A stretch of 40,644 bases of DNA from a virus, in the UHGV virus genome UHGV-0202126. One strand, 5' to 3'. The notes beneath the pieces are model-generated. The model was not told where the DNA came from, searched no databases, and saw only the letters and a list, made by a program, of their open reading frames with translations. This document shows positions 1 to 8,543 of the stretch, piece after piece (the stretch's first letter is position 1; each line of letters opens with the position of its first letter). The translations under genes were made by a program, and so were the position numbers.

Positions 1-336
1 ATGGATCAGATACTAGAAGCGTATAAGGGAGTTTACAACTTTCAGATAAAAGATGGCAAAGTATGTCCGCCAAAGTATAAATTACCTAAAAAAGTAAAAG
101 AAAGATGTGACTATTTTGCAGAAGATATGGAGCACGGACTTTCTTTTCTAGGAGCATTAACATTTATCCTTGCTTATTCCGAAGAGAATTGTAAGAAGGA
201 CTATGCCTTGGCATTAACAAAAGAATGGCTGCCACTCAATCAAGAAGTAGAAGAATGGTTTAGAAAGTTTCGCGGTGTCGGAGAAATGTTGGTAGCTGTC
301 TATTTGATTTATGGATTAGAGGAGGACGGCGAATGA
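1..336 (+). CDS. hypothetical phage early protein (111 aa)
   Basis: ORF begins with ATG at base 1. An RBS for it (AAGGAG + 7 nt) sits at the window end (40632-40644) if the sequence is circular. No recognisable motif. Confidence 0.5.
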   Translation: MDQILEAYKGVYNFQIKDGKVCPPKYKLPKKVKERCDYFAEDMEHGLSFLGALTFILAYSEENCKKDYALALTKEWLPLNQEVEEWFRKFRGVGEMLVAVYLIYGLEEDGE

Positions 337-488
337 CATGGACCATTATTCTATTCATTTTAGGCATAGCGCTTGGAAGAGAATATGCAAACATGAAATT
401 TAGAAACAGAAATCAGATTATTTTTTACAGATTAAGTAAATCCGCTAAGTCAGAAGTTGTAAAAATTATTAATGAAATGGACGAATAG
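333..488 (+). CDS. small membrane protein (51 aa), translationally coupled
   Basis: ATGA start/stop overlap with the 1..336 ORF. GGAGGAGG lies 7 nt upstream. N-terminal hydrophobic helix TIILFILGIALG. It is below the ORF-track length cut-off. Confidence 0.4.
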   Translation: MTWTIILFILGIALGREYANMKFRNRNQIIFYRLSKSAKSEVVKIINEMDE

Positions 489-520
489 TTCCGGTAACCA
501 CGCCAATTAAGGAGGTAATT

Positions 521-799
521 ATGAAAAAAAGTGAATTACCAGAAATTGAACGTCCGTTTCGGATAAACGGTAAGGATTTAACTTTCTTCAAGTTAGAACA
601 TTCTGAAACCTCTGAGAACAATGTTCGTATTCAAGTTTATTTCCGTCATGAGGATATCTGGCATTATCCGCCGTCAAATCAAATGGTAACTCGTGCATGG
701 AAAGCATTAGAAAAAAATGGATTTCATTATGCGGATAAAGAATATGAGGCGGAAGTAGACCGGCATAAAAAAATGGAGGAAGCAAGATGGGAAATATAA
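521..799 (+). CDS. hypothetical protein (92 aa)
   Basis: Strong RBS AAGGAGGT 6 nt upstream of the ATG. Function unknown. Confidence 0.6.
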   Translation: MKKSELPEIERPFRINGKDLTFFKLEHSETSENNVRIQVYFRHEDIWHYPPSNQMVTRAWKALEKNGFHYADKEYEAEVDRHKKMEEARWEI

Positions 800-1065
800 A
801 TATTGAGTTATTGAAAGAGGCATCAGACGAACTACGCCAAATTAAGGATGGCAAAGGCCATTTAAAAATTGGAGATCGTTTAGAAGCTGCTAAGGCCTTA
901 AAAAAGATTCTCTCGCTAGTTTTGAAACTGGAGGAATCTAAGAAACAAGGGGAACGAGTTGCTAAAGAAGTCAGAGAAATGGATCCTGATGAGGTTTCTG
1001 AGCTGAAACGCGAAATGATGCATGATATGGATGCTTACTTTGCTAAAAAAAAACCGGCTGATTAA
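787..1065 (+). CDS. hypothetical protein (92 aa)
   Basis: Overlaps the previous ORF by 13 nt (coupled). Charged helical protein. Function unknown. Confidence 0.5.
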   Translation: MGNINIELLKEASDELRQIKDGKGHLKIGDRLEAAKALKKILSLVLKLEESKKQGERVAKEVREMDPDEVSELKREMMHDMDAYFAKKKPAD

Positions 1066-1175
1066 TCTTTTAACTCAGCCTATCAAGTATGAATCTATGT
1101 GATCATTAATCAACTTTTTGATCACATAGAAATTTAGGAGGTATGAAATGAATAAGCAAGAGTTGAAGCATATAA

Positions 1176-1640
1176 ATGGGCGGAGTTATGTTCTGGCATG
1201 ATAGAGAAAGTGTAGGTGTGAGAATGAGTAAAGAAAGCCGATGCGAATTAGCAAATGAGCTTATTCGTTTAATCGCTTCTACTGGTCGACAATTCTTTAA
1301 TTACGAAGAAAACGGCGGCTCTATTGGACGGTTTGAGTTAAGAAGTGGGAGAACGTATTTTATTGATGGTTATTTAGGTAAATCAATATATGCTTATGAG
1401 AATCGCTTTTTTAGACAGAAATTTACAGAAGGCGGAACGATGCAAGCTTTAATCTTGGATATCGCCGAGTGGATTCGAACTGGTAAAGCTACGAACGCGA
1501 AAAATGGATACGGCGGCATCTATTGTGATCATTGGGGCTATCCAGATGAAGATATGAAAAAGGTAAGAGAGAAAGCTATAGAGATTGGCTTTTCGAAAGG
1601 GCAAGATACAGATATCTACAAGTTTAACTATATTAATTAA
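1176..1640 (+). CDS. hypothetical protein (154 aa; alternative start at ATG 1224)
   Basis: Long ORF preceded by RBS AGGAGG (1135-1140) and a 17-aa leader ORF (1149..1202). Function unknown. Confidence 0.5.
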   Translation: MGGVMFWHDRESVGVRMSKESRCELANELIRLIASTGRQFFNYEENGGSIGRFELRSGRTYFIDGYLGKSIYAYENRFFRQKFTEGGTMQALILDIAEWIRTGKATNAKNGYGGIYCDHWGYPDEDMKKVREKAIEIGFSKGQDTDIYKFNYIN

Positions 1641-1663
1641 GATCCGGTAACCGACCCGATAGC

Positions 1664-1698
1664 AGAAAAAAGACTGCCGCGGTATGAAACGGCAGTCT
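1664..1698 (-). terminator. minus-strand intrinsic terminator-like hairpin
   Basis: Perfect 9-bp inverted repeat AGACTGCCG/CGGCAGTCT. A U-run follows on the minus strand only (plus strand AAAAAAG upstream). Confidence 0.4.
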
Positions 1699-1839
1699 AT
1701 GGCTAGGTGGGGAAGCATGTTTACCTAGCTGCGCACAATTGATGTCTTCTCAAAAGACACCAAAAGCGTAACAAGTAACCGTTTTAGTTTCAAGCGCGAA
1801 CGGTAGTTAAGAAGAAATAAGTCATAAATAATTTGTAAC

Positions 1840-1870
1840 AAAAAAGACCGCTGGGGATTGGTCAGCGGTC
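1840..1870 (-). terminator. second minus-strand terminator-like hairpin
   Basis: GACCGCTG/CAGCGGTC 8-bp stem. A U6 run follows on the minus strand only. Confidence 0.4.
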
Positions 1871-1986
1871 GTGAGCTGGGCATTAAAAGCATAGCATTCA
1901 AAAGGAGTACCAGCTCATATGTATTGTACCTCAAATAAGAAGTGGAAGTGAAGCATATGATACTGAATAAAAAGGAGATTTTATAA

Positions 1987-2178
1987 GTGAACGAGAATGA
2001 TTTACATGACATTTTAGAGAAAATAAACGAAAGAGATCAAGCTAGATCAGGAATGTTTGAGTTTGGAAAAAATCTTGGTAGTTTTAGAAAGGCTCTTTTA
2101 GAAGACGGATTTGCAGAGTCTGAAGCTTTAGTATTATCGGCATTATTTATGGTAAGTACTCTGAACAACAGCAAATAA
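1987..2178 (+). CDS. hypothetical small protein (63 aa, GTG start)
   Basis: RBS AAAGGAG lies 8 nt upstream of the GTG. It sits just upstream of the primase gene. Confidence 0.4.
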   Translation: MNENDLHDILEKINERDQARSGMFEFGKNLGSFRKALLEDGFAESEALVLSALFMVSTLNNSK

Positions 2179-2228
2179 TGAACTACATAAACAATGACGA
2201 AAAAGAATAGTAGGAAGGTATAAATCAA

Positions 2229-4466
2229 GTGGAAAGCAAATTAAATTTAACGGAATTACTTCAATATGTTGATCCATCAATGCTTTCTTATCAAGAATGG
2301 GTCAACGTTGGAATGGCACTCAAACATGAAGGCTATACAGCAGCGGATTGGGACCAATGGAGTCAGAATGATTCCAGGTATCGATCGGGAGAAACGTTTA
2401 AAAAGTGGAGTTCCTTTGAAGGTGCGAGTCAACCTGTGACTGGTGCGACGATTACCCAATTAGCAAAAGAAAACGGATGGCAGCCAATCCATAATGAAGA
2501 CGACGATATGATTTTAGGATGGAATGATAGTTTTACCGCTACAGCAGTAGATAAGAGCTATCGCTTAGTAAATACCGATTGGGTACTTGGTCAAGAAGTT
2601 CATGAGCCCAAATCGTGGAATCCATCCAAGGAAATTATTAATTATCTAGAAGCTGTTTTTAATCCAGGGGATATCATTGGTTATGTGAATGACGGTTTTC
2701 CAGTGAAACGGACAGACGGAACAGAAAAATGGCTGCCCAAATCATCAGGGGTGTATACGAAAACTGCAGGCGAATTGATCGATAGTCTACGACGTTGCAA
2801 AGAGGATATCGGAGCAGTTCTAGGAGACCCGAATCCGAATAGCGGCGCGTGGATTCGTATCAACCCGCTAGATGGAGAAGGCGTAAAAAATACTAATGTT
2901 ACTGATTTTCGTTACTCATTGGTTGAGTCGGATAGCATGTCGATTGACCAACAAAATGAAATCCTTCGAGAGTTAGAATTACCAATCGTTGCTTTGACAT
3001 ACAGTGGAGAGAAAAGCCTTCATGCAATCGTCAAAATCGACGCTGTTAATTACCCGCAATATCAAGAACGGGTCGATTATTTATATAAGATCGTCGAAAG
3101 TAACGGATTGAAAGTTGATAAACAAAACAAAAACCCTTCTAGGCTTAGTCGTCTACCCGGATTTATTCGTGGCGAAAAGAAGCAATTTCTTGTGGCTACG
3201 AATATTGGTAAAGGTTCATGGGAAGAATGGCAAGAGTACATTGAAGATATGAATGACAACTTGCCTGATCCTGAAAGCCTAGGAGATTTATTCGATAAAG
3301 CAATTGAATTAGCGCCTGAACTTATCAAAGGAATGTTACGACAAGGGCATAAAATGTTGATTGCTGGACCAAGTAAAGCCGGAAAGTCTTTCGCGTTGAT
3401 TCAATTGGCAATAGCTATAGCTGAGGGACGCAAGTGGTTTAACTTTGACTGTATTCAAGGGAAAGTACTATATGTCAATCTCGAATTAGATGAAAACTCA
3501 GCTAAAAAACGTTTTTTTGATATCTACAATAAACAAGGATTAGGCCACGCAAACGTATCGAATATTGACATTTGGAACTTGCGAGGTAAAACGAGTCCAA
3601 TGGATAAACTGGCACCGAAGCTGATCCGCCGAGCTCAAAAAGAGAACTATATTGCAGTGATTATCGACCCTATTTACAAAGTATTGACCGGAGACGAAAA
3701 CAGCGCTCACGAGATGGCCAACTTTACAAATCAGTTTGACAAGATCGCTACCGAATTAGGTTGCGCAGTCATCTATTGTCATCATCACAGTAAGGGTTCT
3801 CAAGGTGGAAAAAACTCAATAGACCGATCATCAGGATCTGGAGTATTTGCACGGGACCCTGACGCGATCTTAGATTTAATCGAATTACCAGTAACTGAAG
3901 ATCGTTACATGCAATTGGAAAACGAAGCAATATGTCAGACTTTCAGCAAAGCAATTAAGACCTACAATCCAACTTATGATGATGTGGGGTTGGATGATCA
4001 GTTTAGCAAGAAACAAATGCAACATCATTTAATGTCAGCCATTCGATCACAGGATATTTTGAAGCAGATAGAAATTGAACGTCAAGATGCAGTTCGTGCT
4101 GCACGTCAAGCAACCGCATGGCGTATTGAAGGAACCTTGCGAGAATTTCCGAAGTTCGATCCAGTCAATGCTTGGTTTAGATATCCTGTTCATGTGTTGG
4201 ACGAAACGCTGCAGGACATCAAGCTTGAAGAAGATCCCAAGGAGAATTGGAAAAAGGGTGTTCAGAAATCGAATGAGTCACGATCAGAAAAGGCAGCAAA
4301 AGAATTGGAAGAAGCCTTCAACATTTTGAGTGAAGACGGAAGCCCAATTGAAGTAAATCAAGTTGCTGACTATTTAGAACTATCGAAAAAATCAATTTAT
4401 GGAAGAGTAAAAAAACACGAGGGATTCAGTGTTGATGGCGGTTTAGTTGTTAAAAATAAAGAATAA
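2229..4466 (+). CDS. DNA primase/helicase (prim-pol-like N-terminus with a RecA/DnaB-like P-loop NTPase, AAA_25/VirE-like)
   Basis: 745 aa. Walker A GPSKAGKSF. HHHSKGSQGG...RSSGSGVFARDPDAIL motif is typical of RepA/AAA_25 helicases. The N-terminal region resembles bifunctional primase-polymerases. Position is typical of a phage replication module. Confidence 0.7.
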   Translation: MESKLNLTELLQYVDPSMLSYQEWVNVGMALKHEGYTAADWDQWSQNDSRYRSGETFKKWSSFEGASQPVTGATITQLAKENGWQPIHNEDDDMILGWNDSFTATAVDKSYRLVNTDWVLGQEVHEPKSWNPSKEIINYLEAVFNPGDIIGYVNDGFPVKRTDGTEKWLPKSSGVYTKTAGELIDSLRRCKEDIGAVLGDPNPNSGAWIRINPLDGEGVKNTNVTDFRYSLVESDSMSIDQQNEILRELELPIVALTYSGEKSLHAIVKIDAVNYPQYQERVDYLYKIVESNGLKVDKQNKNPSRLSRLPGFIRGEKKQFLVATNIGKGSWEEWQEYIEDMNDNLPDPESLGDLFDKAIELAPELIKGMLRQGHKMLIAGPSKAGKSFALIQLAIAIAEGRKWFNFDCIQGKVLYVNLELDENSAKKRFFDIYNKQGLGHANVSNIDIWNLRGKTSPMDKLAPKLIRRAQKENYIAVIIDPIYKVLTGDENSAHEMANFTNQFDKIATELGCAVIYCHHHSKGSQGGKNSIDRSSGSGVFARDPDAILDLIELPVTEDRYMQLENEAICQTFSKAIKTYNPTYDDVGLDDQFSKKQMQHHLMSAIRSQDILKQIEIERQDAVRAARQATAWRIEGTLREFPKFDPVNAWFRYPVHVLDETLQDIKLEEDPKENWKKGVQKSNESRSEKAAKELEEAFNILSEDGSPIEVNQVADYLELSKKSIYGRVKKHEGFSVDGGLVVKNKE

Positions 4467-4710
4467 ACCATTACTAGCTTTTTAGATGGTAAAAGAGTGT
4501 AAAAAAACTTCGTCTTCGTAACTGCCTATCAGCTAGTAATTAGCCCGTGATAGCTAAGAAAGCTTATTCTGTCGCTGTCTCACTGTCCCATTACTCTCTC
4601 CCTCTGGGAGTAGAGAGTAATGGAGACTGAGAGAGACAAAAAATGGAGTGTAAAAGAAAAAGCAAAATAGGTATATACCAAAATAAAATAACATGAAATG
4701 AGGTTTTTGA

Positions 4711-5028
4711 ATGGATAAAAAAGATTATGGATGGGCGACGCTGTCGGCAATAGGTATTTCAGTTGGTTCGATCGTGTTGGCGTTTGTAGCAATGCTTTAT
4801 GGTGGATTTGTCACTATGAAATTGTGGAATGGGATTATTTCACCAACGTTTAGTCTGATTCAATTGAATTTTTTTCAAGCGTGGGGATTAGATGTTTTTG
4901 TAAGCTACATTGTTTCAGGAACGAAAAAATCTGATGATGAAGATTCTTTTATTTATATCTTCTTCAAAGCAATTGCAGCTACTACAGCATTTTGGATTAT
5001 TGGAGTCATTATTATGAATTTTATTTAG
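4711..5028 (+). CDS. small membrane protein (105 aa)
   Basis: Two or three predicted TM helices (IGISVGSIVLAFVAMLYGGFV, FWIIGVIIMNFI). RBS GAGG upstream. Confidence 0.45.
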   Translation: MDKKDYGWATLSAIGISVGSIVLAFVAMLYGGFVTMKLWNGIISPTFSLIQLNFFQAWGLDVFVSYIVSGTKKSDDEDSFIYIFFKAIAATTAFWIIGVIIMNFI

Positions 5029-5039
5029 GAGGTGTTTTG

Positions 5040-5219
5040 ATGTTAATGGATAAATGTATTGAACTGACCAGAAAATATGTTGATTGCCCTGCATGCGGCA
5101 ATGGCTTGATCGGAGAAAATGAAGGCGGCATAGTTATCGAAGAATATACTTTTGATCGCTGGTGTAAATGCGGATGGAAAGTACATGTTGATTTGAGGGA
5201 GGAAAAAGAAGATGATTGA
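5040..5219 (+). CDS. small zinc-ribbon protein (59 aa)
   Basis: RBS GGAGG 7 nt upstream of ATG 5040. CPACG...CKCGWK four-cysteine motif. The ORF track starts it at an upstream in-frame ATG (4992). Confidence 0.45.
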   Translation: MLMDKCIELTRKYVDCPACGNGLIGENEGGIVIEEYTFDRWCKCGWKVHVDLREEKEDD

Positions 5220-5607
5220 ATTCTTTATGCCGATAATCCCACCAGAAACGACTCATCAACAAAAGAAGGTTCATGTTGTGAATGGTAAGCCATATTTTTA
5301 TGAGCCGGATGATTTGAAAAAAGCTCGTGTAAAGTTAATGAGCCATCTATCGGAACACACACCAAAAAGCAAAATCATGCGGCCGGTTCGGATGATGGTG
5401 AAGTGGTGCTTCCCGATTGTAGGTAGTCATGAGGATGGCGAGTACAAATATACCAAACCAGACTTAGACAATAGCAACAAACTTTTGCAAGACTGTATGA
5501 CTAAATTAGGATTCTGGAAAGATGATTCTTATGTAGTTAGCTTAATCATTGAAAAATTTTGGGCTGCGACTCCTGGCATTTATATAAGGATTGAGGAGAT
5601 CGAATGA
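5212..5607 (+). CDS. rusA: RusA-family Holliday junction resolvase
   Basis: 131 aa. KPDLDNSNKLLQDCMTKLGFWKDDSYV matches the RusA catalytic D-D-N...DD region. Position between replication and late genes is typical. Confidence 0.65.
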   Translation: MIEFFMPIIPPETTHQQKKVHVVNGKPYFYEPDDLKKARVKLMSHLSEHTPKSKIMRPVRMMVKWCFPIVGSHEDGEYKYTKPDLDNSNKLLQDCMTKLGFWKDDSYVVSLIIEKFWAATPGIYIRIEEIE

Positions 5608-5828
5608 ATTGGGGGAATTTCTTTCAAGACATTCAAAAATGGATGCAGTCATCCAATGAGTTCATGAAGCAACATCCGATCACATCTGATGAATATTGGC
5701 AATGGCTAATTGAATCAATGGGAATGCTAGGAAATAAATACAATAACCATCCGGTTGCTATTAGGTTTTTATCTGTGTTAATAGAAATTCAGGATGACAA
5801 TTTCAAAATCGCTATGGGGAGGAATTGA
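5604..5828 (+). CDS. hypothetical protein (74 aa)
   Basis: ATGA overlap with rusA. No recognisable motif. Confidence 0.45.
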   Translation: MNWGNFFQDIQKWMQSSNEFMKQHPITSDEYWQWLIESMGMLGNKYNNHPVAIRFLSVLIEIQDDNFKIAMGRN

Positions 5829-6367
5829 GTTTGGCTGAAAAACTGACTAAAGATACACTAGCTGCAATCACTCAAGAGGTTGTAAAAATTGAAGCTATGA
5901 AAGGAAAAGAAAGAAAGCGAGAACGAAGGAATTGGAAACTGAGGAACACAACTCTTTTATTAAAAAAGTATCAAATGCTTCGTGAACATTGCGAAGGTGT
6001 AATACCGAAATTGACAGAATATGAAAATAGTATATTTGATCCAGAAGAGTTAAATCTCGAAACTTTGATGAAGTATAAGGCTCGGACCAAGGAGATGTTA
6101 GACTACTTTGATCTAATGTTCTCTTCTTATTGCCAATACTGTCATAATCAAGGTCTGATGGCTGAAAGAAGGTTCAATATTATTCGTCAATTATATGTTT
6201 TCGAAAATTCAAATGAGTATAAGTCAAAGAATGATCTAGCTGCTTTTTACAATGTTGATTCTAGAACAGTTGATCGAGACATCAAGAAAGCCAGTGAGGA
6301 ATTATCAATTTTCCTTTTTGGTATTGATAGTTTGGATGATTTGTCTCATGTCCTTTTCTTGTCTTGA
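5825..6367 (+). CDS. late-gene transcriptional activator (ArpU/RinA-like, sigma region-4-type HTH)
   Basis: 180 aa. C-terminal AAFYNVDSRTVDRDIKKASEEL resembles sigma-70 region 4.2. It sits immediately upstream of the packaging genes, as ArpU-family regulators do. TTG start. Confidence 0.5.
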   Translation: MSLAEKLTKDTLAAITQEVVKIEAMKGKERKRERRNWKLRNTTLLLKKYQMLREHCEGVIPKLTEYENSIFDPEELNLETLMKYKARTKEMLDYFDLMFSSYCQYCHNQGLMAERRFNIIRQLYVFENSNEYKSKNDLAAFYNVDSRTVDRDIKKASEELSIFLFGIDSLDDLSHVLFLS

Positions 6368-6437
6368 GTACGTCTTACCTTAAATGTTAATATGATAGCG
6401 TGAAATAAATGTGATTATTAACCAGCTTACCAATAAA

Positions 6438-6446
6438 TGATATAAT
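6438..6446 (+). promoter_or_regulatory. extended -10 promoter (TGATATAAT) of the YbjQ-like moron
   Basis: Perfect TGnTATAAT lies about 40 nt upstream of the moron's RBS. The -35 is weak (TTAACC). Confidence 0.5.
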
Positions 6447-6466
6447 GACTTTGTTTATCATTTAAA

Positions 6467-6757
6467 GTGGGAGGGACGATAATTATGCAAGTGAGATTTG
6501 GTGGACCAAAGATAGATGAAGATTATGATCATCTTGATGCGATTTATACTGTTACTATTAGCCAATCAGGGATGTTTAAACAAGCAGATTTTAGTGAAGC
6601 AATACAGGAAGCCTTAAATAACTTAGTGGCAACGGCGTCTAGTATAGGTGCTAACGGTGTAATAAATATAAACGTAAAGCCTGAGTTGGCAATGTTTGAC
6701 AGAGGAATCAATCAAGCGGTCATTATAGGGACAGCAGATGCTGTAAAATTTAAGTAA
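6467..6757 (+). CDS. YbjQ/UPF0145 (DUF74)-family protein, phage moron (probable start ATG 6485)
   Basis: SIGANGVININVKPELAMFDRGINQAVIIGTADAVK aligns with E. coli YbjQ ALGADAVVGIDIDYE...MVSVSGTAVK. Own promoter upstream, own terminator downstream. Confidence 0.6.
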   Translation: MGGTIIMQVRFGGPKIDEDYDHLDAIYTVTISQSGMFKQADFSEAIQEALNNLVATASSIGANGVININVKPELAMFDRGINQAVIIGTADAVKFK

Positions 6758-6764
6758 AGATTTT

Positions 6765-6791
6765 GGCACCCTTTGTGGGTGTCTTTTTTTT
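6765..6791 (+). terminator. rho-independent terminator after the YbjQ-like moron
   Basis: Hairpin CACCC-TTTG-TGGGTG followed by T8. Confidence 0.6.
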
Positions 6792-6817
6792 GTGTAAAAA
6801 GAAGGAAGGTGAATATC

Positions 6818-7243
6818 ATGACGGACAAACAACGAATTTTTGCAGATGAATATTTAAAAGATCTGAACGGCACGCGAGCTTATAAGGTGGCCTATCCCAA
6901 CGTTAAAAAGGATTCCTCAGCAGCTACTGCCGCAGGAAGATTGTTGAGAAATGTTGAGATTAAATCTTATATAGATGAACAGCTCGAACAAATGCATAAC
7001 GAACGAACGGCCGACGCAAAAGAGATTCTAGAATATTTAACAGCAGTTATGCGCGGTGAGGAAACGGAGACAGTTGCAACAGCGAAAGGACTCTATGATG
7101 GAGTTGAAGTTAGTGCTAAAGACCGCTTGAAGGCGGCTGAACTTCTTGGAAAACGTCATGCGCTGTTTACCGATAAATCCGAAGTGGCAATTATAGAGCC
7201 ACCGCAATTTATTGACGACACAGGTGACTTAGATGGCAGTTAA
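6818..7243 (+). CDS. terS: terminase small subunit
   Basis: MTDKQRIFADEYLKDLNGTRAYKVAYP is the classic Terminase_2 N-terminus. RBS GAAGGAAGGTG. The ORF track starts it at an upstream in-frame ATG (6773). Confidence 0.8.
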   Translation: MTDKQRIFADEYLKDLNGTRAYKVAYPNVKKDSSAATAAGRLLRNVEIKSYIDEQLEQMHNERTADAKEILEYLTAVMRGEETETVATAKGLYDGVEVSAKDRLKAAELLGKRHALFTDKSEVAIIEPPQFIDDTGDLDGS

Positions 7244-8528
7244 GAAGATATCCCAATTTTTGCCTAAAGCCTTTCATACAACTTGGCGTGCCGCTTTAAA
7301 TCAAAATATTTTGAATATTGTTGAAAAAGGCGGTCGTGGTTCTGGTAAATCATCAGATATCGCGCATATTATTATTCAACTGATCATGCGTTATCCAGTA
7401 AATGCTGTAGCCATTCGTTACGTAGGAGAGAACATTGAGCTATCTATTTATGAACAATTGAAGTGGGCAATTGAAGAGCAAGGTGTATCGAGCTATTTCA
7501 AGGTCAACAAAAGCCCAATGAGAATTACATATCTGCCTAGAGGAAACTACATTACTTTTAGAGGTGCACAAAATCCAGAACGGATCAAATCTTTAAAGGA
7601 TAGCAAGTTTCCTTTCGCGATAGCTTGGATTGAAGAATTAGCAGAGTTTAAAACAGAAGAAGACGTAACGACCATTACAAACTCCCTTTTACGTGGCGAG
7701 CTTGCTGATGGTCTTTTTTATAAATTCTTTTATAGTTACAACCCACCGAAAAGAAAACAGAGCTGGGTAAATAAAAAATATGAGACCAGTTTTCAGCCGA
7801 AAAATACATACGTTCACCATACAACCTATAAAGACAATCCCTTTATAGCTAAAGCCTTTATAGAAGAGGCAGAAGCGACAAAGGGACGTAATTTAAGGCG
7901 GTATGATTGGGAGTATTTAGGCAAAGCCATCGGTTCAGGTGTTGTTCCGTTCGATAATCTTCAAGTAGAACCGGGCAGTATTACGGATGAGATGGTTGCG
8001 AACTTTGACAACATCAGAAATGGTCTCGATTTCGGATATGCTACTGATCCACTAGCGTTCGTTCGTTGGCATTATGACAAAAAGAAAAATGGGATTTATG
8101 CTATCGATGAAATCTATGGTCAAAAAATAAGCAATCGAGAATTCGCTGGAAAAGCCAAATCAAAAGGCTATCAAACAGACAGGATAAATGCAGATTCAGC
8201 TGAACCTAAGTCAATTGCAGAGTTAAGGAACGAACACTTTATGACAAATGTTTATGGAGTCAAAAAAGGTCCTGATTCTGTAGAGTACGGGGAACAATGG
8301 CTGGATGATTTAGATTTTATCTGCATAGACCCTTTACGAACGCCGAATATTGCAAAAGAATTCGAGAATATCGATTATCAAACGGATAAGGACGGCAACC
8401 CAAAGCCAAGACTTGAAGATAAAGACAATCATACGATTGATGCAACTCGATATGCTTTTAACGATGATATGTACGCGAAACAGGATATGAAGCAGAAAAT
8501 GGACGCAGCCAAATTCTATTTTGGCTAG
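7233..8528 (+). CDS. terL: terminase large subunit (PBSX/Terminase_3-like)
   Basis: 431 aa. Walker A EKGGRGSGKS. Overlaps the terS stop. Followed by the portal gene. Confidence 0.8.
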   Translation: MAVKKISQFLPKAFHTTWRAALNQNILNIVEKGGRGSGKSSDIAHIIIQLIMRYPVNAVAIRYVGENIELSIYEQLKWAIEEQGVSSYFKVNKSPMRITYLPRGNYITFRGAQNPERIKSLKDSKFPFAIAWIEELAEFKTEEDVTTITNSLLRGELADGLFYKFFYSYNPPKRKQSWVNKKYETSFQPKNTYVHHTTYKDNPFIAKAFIEEAEATKGRNLRRYDWEYLGKAIGSGVVPFDNLQVEPGSITDEMVANFDNIRNGLDFGYATDPLAFVRWHYDKKKNGIYAIDEIYGQKISNREFAGKAKSKGYQTDRINADSAEPKSIAELRNEHFMTNVYGVKKGPDSVEYGEQWLDDLDFICIDPLRTPNIAKEFENIDYQTDKDGNPKPRLEDKDNHTIDATRYAFNDDMYAKQDMKQKMDAAKFYFG

Positions 8529-8543
8529 AAAGGAAGGTGTCTG

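Noticed and set aside
1449-2012. Minus-strand ORFs 1449-1718 and 1725-2012
   Set aside because: The first is antisense inside the 1176-1640 gene. The second spans the hairpin-rich non-coding region with a low-complexity product and no RBS. Probably spurious, though a minus-strand RNA here is possible (see finding).
4075-4329. Internal +-strand ORF inside the primase gene, and minus ORFs 2277-3328
   Set aside because: Alternative-frame ORFs wholly inside a strongly supported 745-aa CDS. Basic low-complexity translations.
6623-6832. Minus-strand 69-aa ORF overlapping the YbjQ moron and terS start
   Set aside because: Antisense to two supported genes and their terminator. No signals.
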